This document shows, piece by piece, positions 20,948 through 29,302 of a DNA stretch of 64,000 nt (positions are counted from its first letter, which is position 1; every line of letters begins with the position of its first letter). Source of the stretch: an uncultured Eubacteriaceae bacterium (lineage in GTDB: Bacteria > Bacillota > Clostridia > Eubacteriales > UBA1433). The stretch is taken from positions 27,552-91,551 of the forward strand of contig CAZOOZ010000008.1 of NCBI GenBank assembly GCA_964581565.1, written 5' to 3'. A program made the translations under genes and the position numbers. Below the pieces are notes generated by a model. That model saw only the letters and a program-made list of their open reading frames with translations, was not told the DNA's origin and did no database searches.

Positions 20948-21823
20948 TTATTGTATGGTTTTATAAGCTTTTTGTAATACTTTTTCGATCGTGGTTCCAT
21001 GAGAGCGGCTCACTCTTTTTAGGGCATATAATGTTTCGGCGTCTTTTGTGATCACATTGATGCCATAGTCACAGGAGAGGGTTGCCAAAAATCCGATCTC
21101 TTTTAAAACGATATCCGTATTTTCGCTCGATTTTCCGTAGGGATAGGCAAATGTGTTGGGGACCTTGCCCGTATGAAATAATATCTCTTCCTGAAGCTTT
21201 TGGATATCATCGATCAATACATCGTGATAGGTATCGAAAGATTCATAAGAGATCTGCATGCAGCCAAATCTCGGGTTGCCGGTGCCGTGAAGATTATAGG
21301 TGTGGTTTTGCACTTCCACATAGCCCGAATCCAGCATTTCGTTTAATTGATCCCAGTTGACATGGGCGTAGTCAATACTTTTGCTTGGAAACTCCGTGAA
21401 GTCATCCGTATTTTTACCGATAATGGAGAAGACGATTTTGACATGGTATTGCTTTAGTAAAGGCAGTACGTAGACATAATTATTTAAATAACCGTCGTCA
21501 AAAGTAAGGATAACAGGTTTTTCGGGCAGAGGGGTATCATGATAGACATAATCAATAAGCTCCGTCATGGTAATGGCAGTGTAATTATTTTCCTGAAGAT
21601 ATTGCAAATCACTTTCAAATTCATAGGGGGAGATGGCATCTTTGCCGAGTTTGCTTGTTTTGACTTCGTGATACATAATAATAGGAAGACAAATCGCGTC
21701 TTTGTCCACAGTGCCAGACTGCACCGGTGTTTTTTGATGATTGAAGGCAATAAAAAATACAATACAACTTAAAAGTAAAAAAGCAGCGCCAAGAATATAC
21801 CTGCGCTTAATATGTAGAATCAT
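20948..21823 (-). CDS. Membrane-anchored polysaccharide deacetylase (CE4), paralog
   Basis: N-terminal TM, PIIMYH, LTFDDG, QNHTYNLH, YPYG. Confidence 0.88.
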   Translation of the reverse strand: MILHIKRRYILGAAFLLLSCIVFFIAFNHQKTPVQSGTVDKDAICLPIIMYHEVKTSKLGKDAISPYEFESDLQYLQENNYTAITMTELIDYVYHDTPLPEKPVILTFDDGYLNNYVYVLPLLKQYHVKIVFSIIGKNTDDFTEFPSKSIDYAHVNWDQLNEMLDSGYVEVQNHTYNLHGTGNPRFGCMQISYESFDTYHDVLIDDIQKLQEEILFHTGKVPNTFAYPYGKSSENTDIVLKEIGFLATLSCDYGINVITKDAETLYALKRVSRSHGTTIEKVLQKAYKTIQ

Positions 21824-21955
21824 TTTTTTGCTCCGCTATAAATATTGAACTAATAAAATATACGAAAAAAATATTTATATCAGAACAAAATCAATCTACT
21901 TTTTTATTATTACTTTTATTTTATATTGATTCATAAATGTAATAATGATAGAATG

Positions 21956-22108
21956 CTATTCACTGACTTTAATGTAAATTTCCTCAGTATCCAACTGGGC
22001 TTTTTTTAACAGGTCGACAGCAAGACCGAAATTTTGCTGTTCTATGCTGTCGATGGCTTCTGTGGCTGCGTTAAACAGAATTTTATACATTGTTTCATAG
22101 TTCATCAT
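21956..22108 (-). CDS. Unannotated 50-aa helical protein (copy 1)
   Basis: MMNYETMYKILFNAATEAIDSIEQQNFGLAVDLLKKAQLDTEEIYIKVSE; AGGAGA RBS; paralog at 22554-22709. Confidence 0.8.
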   Translation of the reverse strand: MMNYETMYKILFNAATEAIDSIEQQNFGLAVDLLKKAQLDTEEIYIKVSE

Positions 22109-22132
22109 TTATCTTCTCCTAAAAATAAAATG

Positions 22133-22191
22133 TGCGTCAAAAATGCGTCACTTGCAAAATCTATTATATTTTGACGATAAAATTATGTCAA
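22133..22191. promoter_or_regulatory. Putative operator sites in divergent intergenic region
   Basis: TGCGTCA twice at 11-bp spacing (22133, 22144) and TTGAC-N11-GTCAA (22171-22191). Confidence 0.5.
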
Positions 22192-22213
22192 TACTTCGCC
22201 GGGGAGAATCATA

Positions 22214-22408
22214 ATGAAAAATATTTTATCACGCTATACACTTCGTATCAGCCCGATATTATTATATAAATTAGGTTATATTGCTGAATTCGAGGGCAGA
22301 ACAAAAAATAAAGAAATAGAGCAATTGATTAAAAAGCATATTGCAGATTTTGAAAAAACTCATGGAGAAATAGAATGTGATTGCATACTTAAGCCTGCCA
22401 CGGAGTAG
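22214..22408 (+). CDS. Arc/TraY-like ribbon-helix-helix DNA-binding protein
   Basis: RYTLRI beta ribbon, LLYKLGYIAEFEGRTKNKEIEQLI helices; GGAG RBS. Confidence 0.75.
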   Translation: MKNILSRYTLRISPILLYKLGYIAEFEGRTKNKEIEQLIKKHIADFEKTHGEIECDCILKPATE

Positions 22409-22553
22409 TTGAAGCATGGCTGTTAAAAAATCCATGGCATAAATATGATACAAATTAAAAAAATTTTGTATCAGCCCGAAGCAGCGGGCGATTACCATTT
22501 ATAAAAGAAAAATATTATCTAATAAAAATGAGGAAGCAGGGAATGCTTCCCTG

Positions 22554-22709
22554 TTATTTATTGGCCTGTATATAGATTTCTTCCGCATCTGTCTGCGCTT
22601 TTTTTAATGTGTCGATAGCCAGTCCGAAATTTTTCTGTTCGATCTTGTAGGTGGCGTCGGTTATCGCGTTAAACAATACTTTATACATTGATTCATAAAT
22701 TGTCATCAT
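22554..22709 (-). CDS. Unannotated 51-aa helical protein (copy 2)
   Basis: MMTIYESMYKVLFNAITDATYKIEQKNFGLAIDTLKKAQTDAEEIYIQANK; AGGAGA RBS. Confidence 0.8.
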   Translation of the reverse strand: MMTIYESMYKVLFNAITDATYKIEQKNFGLAIDTLKKAQTDAEEIYIQANK

Positions 22710-22840
22710 TTTCTCCTAAAAGATATATTTTAAGAAAGGCTTATTTAATTATAATATTATAATACTATAATCACAAGACTTAATGCAAATATTTTACTAT
22801 CTTTTAAGAAACTATAATAGTATCTTGGAGGGTAGTAAAT

Positions 22841-23143
22841 ATGGATGTTAAAGATCGTATAAAATTATTAATGGATGAAAAAGGTTGGTCGGCATATAAA
22901 CTGGCGAAAGAAGCAAATTTACCGCAATCCACAATTTCTCATTTATTTAAGAGAAACAACGCTCCTACAATTCCCACTATAGAAGCCATATGTAAAACGT
23001 TTGGGATCACGATGGCGCAGTTTTTTGCAGAGGAAGGGGAGCGGGTGGTGCTCACCAATGAGCAAAAGCAGCTTTTGATTTTGTGGGGTACGCTTTCGAA
23101 AAAACAAAAGAACCTGCTGTATGAGCTTCTTCAGACAATGTGA
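22841..23143 (+). CDS. XRE-family HTH regulator
   Basis: WSAYKLAKEANLPQSTISHL...PTIPTIEAIC...GITMAQFF. Confidence 0.9.
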   Translation: MDVKDRIKLLMDEKGWSAYKLAKEANLPQSTISHLFKRNNAPTIPTIEAICKTFGITMAQFFAEEGERVVLTNEQKQLLILWGTLSKKQKNLLYELLQTM

Positions 23144-23281
23144 TTTAGATAAGTTCCCGTAAGGATACTTTTTTATGTAAAAGTATAAAGAAAATCAACG
23201 ATACTATTCGTCTACAGGAGATGTCTTAGCGCTTGCTTCGGTGTTATATGCCTTGGCGGCGATTTATTTTTCAAAGATTCA

Positions 23282-23338
23282 TTGACTTCAGCATAATATA
23301 GTAGTATGGTAATGTAGTAATTTAGTAAAATAGTAAAT
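23282..23338 (+). promoter_or_regulatory. sigmaA-like promoter overlapped by four 8-bp direct repeats
   Basis: TTGACT-17-TATGGT; TGGTAATG/TAGTAATT/TAGTAAAA/TAGTAAAT at 23307-23338. Confidence 0.6.
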
Positions 23339-23356
23339 CTATTTTGGAGGTCTGTT

Positions 23357-23833
23357 ATGGATATTCCTACAACATTAAAGCATAAACCGGTGATTGTTGC
23401 TCAAAATTATGATAAAGTGGATGGACGCATTGCAAATTCGGATGCAAAAGGACTTTCTTTGGGATTAGCACAGTGGAACGACCGTGGCAAGGTTGATATC
23501 TCTGCTAAAATTTGGAGATATACCGGAGAAAAGTGGTCAAGGCAATCGGAAGAAATGCCGCTTCATCGTGTCATTGATCTTGCGATTCTGATCTGTCGCA
23601 GCAAAAAGTATTTTCATGACGCTTATATATATCCCAACTTATACGACGAGAAGCATACCGAAATCGATCGAATTCCGTTACAGGGGGATGCACTGGATAT
23701 TTCCGTTTGCACAAATAACCCAATGATTGATGAAGATATTCTGCTGTTTCGTGATGCATTGACCGCAGATGACGAAATGATATCGGAGCGGCTTCGCCGT
23801 CTTTCTGCGATTCTTAAAGAAATGGGGTATTAA
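23357..23833 (+). CDS. Conserved protein (DUF6530-like)
   Basis: IPTTLKHKPVIV...GLSLGLAQWN...KWSRQSEEMPLHR; family recalled from memory. Confidence 0.7.
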   Translation: MDIPTTLKHKPVIVAQNYDKVDGRIANSDAKGLSLGLAQWNDRGKVDISAKIWRYTGEKWSRQSEEMPLHRVIDLAILICRSKKYFHDAYIYPNLYDEKHTEIDRIPLQGDALDISVCTNNPMIDEDILLFRDALTADDEMISERLRRLSAILKEMGY

Positions 23834-23834
23834 A

Positions 23835-24179
23835 TTGAAAAGTGAAGAAAAGAAAAAAATAATTACGGCATATAAAGAGCGGGTCATCATCGGCGGCATT
23901 TATGCAGTCAAAAATATTAAAACCGGGAAAATATTATTGGAAGCCACACAGGATCTTGCGGGAAGCCGTAATCGATTTGAGTTTTCTAAACGAACCGGCT
24001 CGGCGACCTCCTTCATTATTCAAAAGGACTGGCAGATATATGGGCCTGACTGTTTTACCTTTGAAGTGCTGGAAGAAATAAAAAAAGACACTACACAAAC
24101 GCCGCAGGAATTTGCTGAGGATATAAAGACATTGAAAGAACTATGGAAAGAAAAGTTTCCTTGCGAACAACTGTATTAA
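23835..24179 (+). CDS. GIY-YIG nuclease-family small protein
   Basis: GGIYAVKN..TGK, NRFEF, LQKDW-like IQKDW, FTFEVLE; 1-bp gap after previous stop. Confidence 0.75.
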   Translation: MKSEEKKKIITAYKERVIIGGIYAVKNIKTGKILLEATQDLAGSRNRFEFSKRTGSATSFIIQKDWQIYGPDCFTFEVLEEIKKDTTQTPQEFAEDIKTLKELWKEKFPCEQLY

Positions 24180-24260
24180 TAATTTTTGTCATAAATAAGC
24201 AGAATGCAAATTTATCATAGAAGATTTTGCACACAAATGTCAGATGACCTAGAACACAGA

Positions 24261-24354
24261 GTATTCTCAGGCGAGCAAAAGCAACTTTTGATTCTATGGG
24301 TCATGCTCTCCGGAAAAAAGAAGCTTGCTATATGAACTTCTTCAGACGATGTAA
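24261..24354 (+). pseudogene. Frameshifted 3' remnant of the XRE gene
   Basis: Reads EQKQLLILW..LS / LLYELLQTM* like the end of 22841-23143; downstream TTTAGATA also shared. Confidence 0.75.
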
Positions 24355-24542
24355 TTTAGATAGATATCCAAAAGAATATTTTTTATGAAAAAATAAAAAT
24401 AATAAATTTGTTAATAAAGTTAAAATTCTATTTGGTTATCAGAGTTTAAAGTATATGAATATTTTCAACATCTTTTTTGTGTTTATGTAATAAATATTAT
24501 TCAATTTAAATTTATTTTCATAAAATAAAATATGATTTCTTG

Positions 24543-25700
24543 TTAGAATGGAAGATCATCGTCATTAGATAATGAAATCGACGAAAGTTTAGAAATCATG
24601 TTAGTTAAAATCAATTTTTGTGATTGTTTCGTACAGCCTTTGTACCATTCATAAAATGATTTGACTTCATTATATTTAATCTCCATACGTGAATTGTAAC
24701 GGTAACCTCCCGTAACAATACATCTAATTACATCAGAATTTTGTTGTATTATATCTTCGAAACAATTATCACGGAGCACTTTTTCTAATTTAAATAAAAA
24801 CAGGTCAGTATCGTAATTAAATTTTTTTTCATCAGTATATGAATATAGAGCGTTATAAATACTGTTTGAAAAATTTTTATAGATTCTTTTATCAGCAACT
24901 GGAATATCCAAATTAATAAAATCATCTTTATCAATACTTTCTTTGATTTCAGCAAAAGAATCAAATCTATCATTGGGAGATTTTTCCATCATTTTATTTA
25001 AAAGACTTTGATATGAAAAATCACAATAATCAGGCTCATTCATATTTTTTATTAAACGATTAAACAATTCGGCAACATAAAACATATCTGTCTTAGAAGT
25101 ATAAAAGCCCTTATAATATTCATTAGGTAATGTGTCAGAATTATTTCGATTAATATCTGCAATTAAACTGTCCTCAAAGCTGCTTGGATTTTCAAATATT
25201 TTTCCAATGCCAAAATCAATTATTTTTACATTTCCTGCTTTATCTATTAAAATATTTCCTTCTCGTATATCTCTATGAATGATGCCATGTTCTTCGATAT
25301 ACTGGAATCCGTCAATAAGCTCTATAAAAACTTGATCAAGAGAAGCAATTTTATGCGATGGGGAATAATCGTGTATATACTCGTCTAATTTAACCCCGTC
25401 AATATATTCCATTAAAATGTATCCAGTAAAAATGTTTTGATAAGCGTAATAATTAAATATTCTTACAATGTTTTTGTGATTCAGTTTATGCAGAATTTTA
25501 ATTTCATCAAGGAAGTTTTTAAAAAATTTTTCCTTAATTTCTGTATATTCTGGTTCGTATTTCTTTGCAACAAGAAGCTCCTCTATAAAAGGATCTTGTA
25601 ATAATACAGTTTTTGCAAATGAACCATTGCCTAAATTATCATTTACCATAATATAATCTTTTTGCTTGACAAATTTAATTATATTATCATTTTCTTTCAT
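24543..25700 (-). CDS. Standalone Hanks-type Ser/Thr protein kinase with C-terminal domain and DDDLPF tail
   Basis: LGNGSFA, VAKK, HRDIREGN, DFG; no TM or PASTA; visibly AT-richer than neighbours. Confidence 0.9.
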   Translation of the reverse strand: MKENDNIIKFVKQKDYIMVNDNLGNGSFAKTVLLQDPFIEELLVAKKYEPEYTEIKEKFFKNFLDEIKILHKLNHKNIVRIFNYYAYQNIFTGYILMEYIDGVKLDEYIHDYSPSHKIASLDQVFIELIDGFQYIEEHGIIHRDIREGNILIDKAGNVKIIDFGIGKIFENPSSFEDSLIADINRNNSDTLPNEYYKGFYTSKTDMFYVAELFNRLIKNMNEPDYCDFSYQSLLNKMMEKSPNDRFDSFAEIKESIDKDDFINLDIPVADKRIYKNFSNSIYNALYSYTDEKKFNYDTDLFLFKLEKVLRDNCFEDIIQQNSDVIRCIVTGGYRYNSRMEIKYNEVKSFYEWYKGCTKQSQKLILTNMISKLSSISLSNDDDLPF

Positions 25701-25846
25701 TACTCATTCCACGCTTTCTTGAAATATATACGTTTTATTGAAAATAATTATATCATATAATTTCATTTGAAATATATTTTGGATAGTATAACAATAGTAG
25801 TATTAGATAAAATTTTTATTTTATAAATTATAAAATAAAAGCCAAC

Positions 25847-26515
25847 CTAAAAATCAGCATTTAATATTTCCTTTGACCACCGAAACATCAAATCAAAGTA
25901 AATATCTGTATTCGCCATGATTGTGCTGCTGTAAGCGTTCCAATTGATATTTATAGTCAAAATTTCCCGTTCAGCACCTTCAAGCAGCGGCAGTAATTCT
26001 TTTTTTGTGCAAATATATATGCCGCTGCGCAAGTAGCAAAGAGCCTGCAGAAGAAAAAACGGGCTCTTATACATGCCCTTAATGGCATCGATATCCAGGG
26101 GTGTGTGAACGGCTGCGTGACAGCATGCATGATAAAGACCTGATGCGCTGATCTTTACACTGTCTATAATATCTTTACGCTCTGTATTGGGGAGTAGTGT
26201 ATCGAGTGCACCGTAATATGGAAGCGTATCCTGTTTAAACTGGAACAATTCATACTTGGGCCAGTTTAATAGCTCTTGCCTGCCGCCTATGAAACCGCAT
26301 GCCTTATCGTTTTGCGGCATTGTTGCGAGAATTTTTCTGTAAGCGATGAGGTCGTTCATGGATACTGCATCAAGGATAACCACAGCGTCAATGTCGCTGT
26401 CTTCATGCGCTTCCTGTCTCCGATAGCTTCCCTGCAGCCCTGCAAACAAAAGCCTGTTTTTAAAATGAGCTTTCAATTTATCGGTCAGTTCCGTCATCCA
26501 GTTATCTGCGTTCAT
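25847..26515 (-). CDS. Pol-beta-fold nucleotidyltransferase domain protein
   Basis: GLQGSYRRQEAHEDSDIDAVVILD (GS...DxD). Confidence 0.8.
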   Translation of the reverse strand: MNADNWMTELTDKLKAHFKNRLLFAGLQGSYRRQEAHEDSDIDAVVILDAVSMNDLIAYRKILATMPQNDKACGFIGGRQELLNWPKYELFQFKQDTLPYYGALDTLLPNTERKDIIDSVKISASGLYHACCHAAVHTPLDIDAIKGMYKSPFFLLQALCYLRSGIYICTKKELLPLLEGAEREILTININWNAYSSTIMANTDIYFDLMFRWSKEILNADF

Positions 26516-26585
26516 TATCAGTGTGAGTCCTTTCATAAATGGTTTATCGAGTTATTTTAAATCGCGAGGAAAAGTTATATGAAAT

Positions 26586-27281
26586 CTATCGTCTGACCCA
26601 ACCTTTATCCACCCAGTACTGATTATCGGCTGACAACGTTTCTTCTTTTTTTGTAAATATTCGATGCATTTTCTTTAAAACAAAAAAGAGTAAGCTGACT
26701 TTTATCCCTTTACGTGCTGTGTATGCATCTTTATATCTTTTAGCCAGTTTCTCTGTTTTACGCACAATGATACCCTGCCGTTTATAGGATAGCTCGTCCC
26801 AAAATACTCCTTCCATTAATCCGACGCCCATTTTTTTGATATCGGAGATGCCCAGCCACATCAGGCTGGTTGCTATATCCCTTTGGGCTCCGCCATTGAA
26901 TACGCCGATTGCGTTTGTGAGTATGACGGATTTTTTGGTGAACATTTTTTCATCGGGCCTGTGCACCATCCAATGAACGCACAAATGGTCGAGCAATGCT
27001 TTCATCTGCGCCGTGGTTCTTAATGCGTATACAGGTGAGGCAAAAACAAGCAGATCCGATCCCAGCATTGCATTCCAAATAGGCATGACATATTCCGCGT
27101 GTGCACAGAGCCGTTCGTCTTTTAAAAAACAAGTTTTGCATCCGCGGCAAAAATGAGGACAGTCTTTTGGAAGGTAGAATTCTTTAATTTCGTTACCGTC
27201 ACGTAAAACATCCAAAAAAATCTCCTTTATCCGGTAAGTGCATCCTTTTACCTCGGTACCGTTAATGACTACAATTTTCAC
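26586..27281 (-). CDS. Flavodoxin-like NAD(P)H-dependent FMN reductase / iron-sulfur flavoprotein family
   Basis: MKIVVING, CxxCxxC...C, FASPVY...QMKALLD. Confidence 0.8.
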   Translation of the reverse strand: MKIVVINGTEVKGCTYRIKEIFLDVLRDGNEIKEFYLPKDCPHFCRGCKTCFLKDERLCAHAEYVMPIWNAMLGSDLLVFASPVYALRTTAQMKALLDHLCVHWMVHRPDEKMFTKKSVILTNAIGVFNGGAQRDIATSLMWLGISDIKKMGVGLMEGVFWDELSYKRQGIIVRKTEKLAKRYKDAYTARKGIKVSLLFFVLKKMHRIFTKKEETLSADNQYWVDKGWVRR

Positions 27282-27447
27282 GTATATGCCTCCGTGTTCA
27301 TAATATCAAAGCCGATGCTTTGCAGGATATAAATATAGTCTGAATTATTTGGTTATTATACCATGATTAACAAACCGGTATAAAATTATAAAATTTTTAT
27401 TTTATAAAATAACGGCACATAAAAAACATACAGGATAAAGCTTTGTG

Positions 27448-28254
27448 TTATCTTATTTTTAAATGGATCATCTTTACCATACCGAACACATCGGAGAAAA
27501 GCATCTTAAATTTTGTTGCAAAATGCATTTTAAAACGAAAGCTAACCAAACTGTAAAATTTTCGTTCTTCTATAACTGTTGTCATAGGGGATATCATTGA
27601 GGCGAGGTCTTCGGCAGCATCGGCATAAAAATACATTTTTGCATCTTCTTTGTTCATTTTCTTCATATAGCGCTTCATGCATTTCATACCCATTGAAGAA
27701 ACCGCATCAAAAACGAGCTGTATATCTTCAAAGGCGGCAAGACGTTTTATAAAATCGATCACTTGTGTTTCGCTGAAATAGTAGAACAATCCTGAAGCAA
27801 TCACCATAACAGGCTTTTGCACGGTGTTTTTTACGATATCTATCCATTTATAGTCAAACATTGAATACGGCAGATATCTGTCGCGTCCGCTTTCAGGAAG
27901 ATACTCTTGCCGCAAATGGAGCACTTCGGGCAGGTCCAGCTCAAACCAAAGCGCGCTTCCGTTGTCGTTACGAGTATAGGCTGTTTCAAGGCCGCAACCC
28001 ACATTTATGATAATACCATCGGGGTTTTGGGCTAAAAACGCCTGAATATAATAATCTGTATTTTTGGATCTGACCGCACTGGCAAGCGATGTATACTCGC
28101 TTTGACCCGGCATTTTTTTAATGTTTTCAGGCAGCAACTCTGATAGGGACAAGGCCGCTTTGTCGCACAGGATATCCGGATGGTATCTGGATGCGTAAAT
28201 GCGTCCGAGCAAAGGTATATATAGAGTTTCGGACACTGAATTTAATTCAAACAT
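27448..28254 (-). CDS. Class I SAM-dependent methyltransferase (LCM/TcmP-like)
   Basis: VSETLYIPL, NVGCGLET, ELDLPEV, SGLFYY. Confidence 0.85.
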   Translation of the reverse strand: MFELNSVSETLYIPLLGRIYASRYHPDILCDKAALSLSELLPENIKKMPGQSEYTSLASAVRSKNTDYYIQAFLAQNPDGIIINVGCGLETAYTRNDNGSALWFELDLPEVLHLRQEYLPESGRDRYLPYSMFDYKWIDIVKNTVQKPVMVIASGLFYYFSETQVIDFIKRLAAFEDIQLVFDAVSSMGMKCMKRYMKKMNKEDAKMYFYADAAEDLASMISPMTTVIEERKFYSLVSFRFKMHFATKFKMLFSDVFGMVKMIHLKIR

Positions 28255-28327
28255 CTAAGCTCCTTTCTAAAATCATTATCGATTTGTCATTATAATCTTT
28301 TTATGGAGGAGTATGAAGGCTCTAAAT

Positions 28328-28345
28328 AGTTAGATAAAACTAACT
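28328..28345. promoter_or_regulatory. AGTTAG-N6-CTAACT operator (site 1)
   Basis: AGTTAGATAAAACTAACT just downstream of minus-strand TTGACA-16-TACTAT promoter. Confidence 0.7.
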
Positions 28346-28462
28346 ATTATCATAGTATCTGTTTATTCTTGTTTGTCAATAGTTGAATATGCTTTTTAAT
28401 ATGGAGGCATATATAAATGATATATCTATAAATTGATTGTTTTTTCTGTTTTTATAAAATAA

Positions 28463-28510
28463 TTGCATTACGAATCAGCATATATTATAATAAGGTTGGT
28501 GGCTGTACCA
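28463..28510 (+). promoter_or_regulatory. sigmaA promoter with FadR-type operator
   Basis: TTGCAT-17-TATAAT then TGGT-N6-ACCA (28497-28510). Confidence 0.6.
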
Positions 28511-28528
28511 CTAAAATAGGAGCATGAT

Positions 28529-29245
28529 ATGGAAAACAACTTTACAAAAATTGAAATGAAAAGTCTGCGCGCACAGGCATCCTATGAAATAGAACGAAAA
28601 ATATTTTCCGGCGAGCTGAAACCTGGTGACCGCCTTCCTCCTGAACGGGAATTGGCGGCAGCCATGGGGATCAGCCGTGCGGTGTTGAATTTTGCTATTC
28701 GCGATCTTGAGGCAAAAGGTTTTGTGAAGATCGTGCCGCGGCGCGGGGCATACATAAACGATTATAAACAAAAAAGTACACCGCAGATGCTGCTTTCTCT
28801 TATAAAGCATAGTACGGAGAATGTTGATTTTACTTTGTTTAGTGATATGCTCGATACGAGGCGGCTACTGGAAAGTGAATGCACGCGTTTGGCAGTGGAA
28901 CGAATAACAAATGAGGAGCTTGATGTATTGCGTGCTTGCCTAAATGATATGAAAACATGCAGCACGGCGGAGTCTTTTGCAAAAGCGAATTACAGATTCC
29001 ATCACACACTCACCATGGCTTCGGGTAATATCGTCTACGCAATGATTCTTCGCTCTTTTGAAGATGCGATCCACTGGTATTTGAAAGCATATTTTACTAC
29101 GGATAAAAAACGCAGTATTTCCTGCAGGCAGCATGAAGGATTGCTGGATGCTCTCGCACACAGGGACTGTGATGTGGCAGAGAAAGCAATAAGTGCAATC
29201 TTTTGTGAAGGAATAGGCGGACTCAGAGAAATATTTAAACCATAA
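28529..29245 (+). CDS. GntR/FadR-family regulator (FCD domain)
   Basis: LKPGDRLPPERELAAAMGISR; RRLLE; FHHTLTMASGN. Confidence 0.92.
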   Translation: MENNFTKIEMKSLRAQASYEIERKIFSGELKPGDRLPPERELAAAMGISRAVLNFAIRDLEAKGFVKIVPRRGAYINDYKQKSTPQMLLSLIKHSTENVDFTLFSDMLDTRRLLESECTRLAVERITNEELDVLRACLNDMKTCSTAESFAKANYRFHHTLTMASGNIVYAMILRSFEDAIHWYLKAYFTTDKKRSISCRQHEGLLDALAHRDCDVAEKAISAIFCEGIGGLREIFKP

Positions 29246-29302
29246 TCAAACCCTCGGCAGGCTTGTATGCCCGCAGGGGGTTTTTATTATAAGGAGGTAT
29301 GA

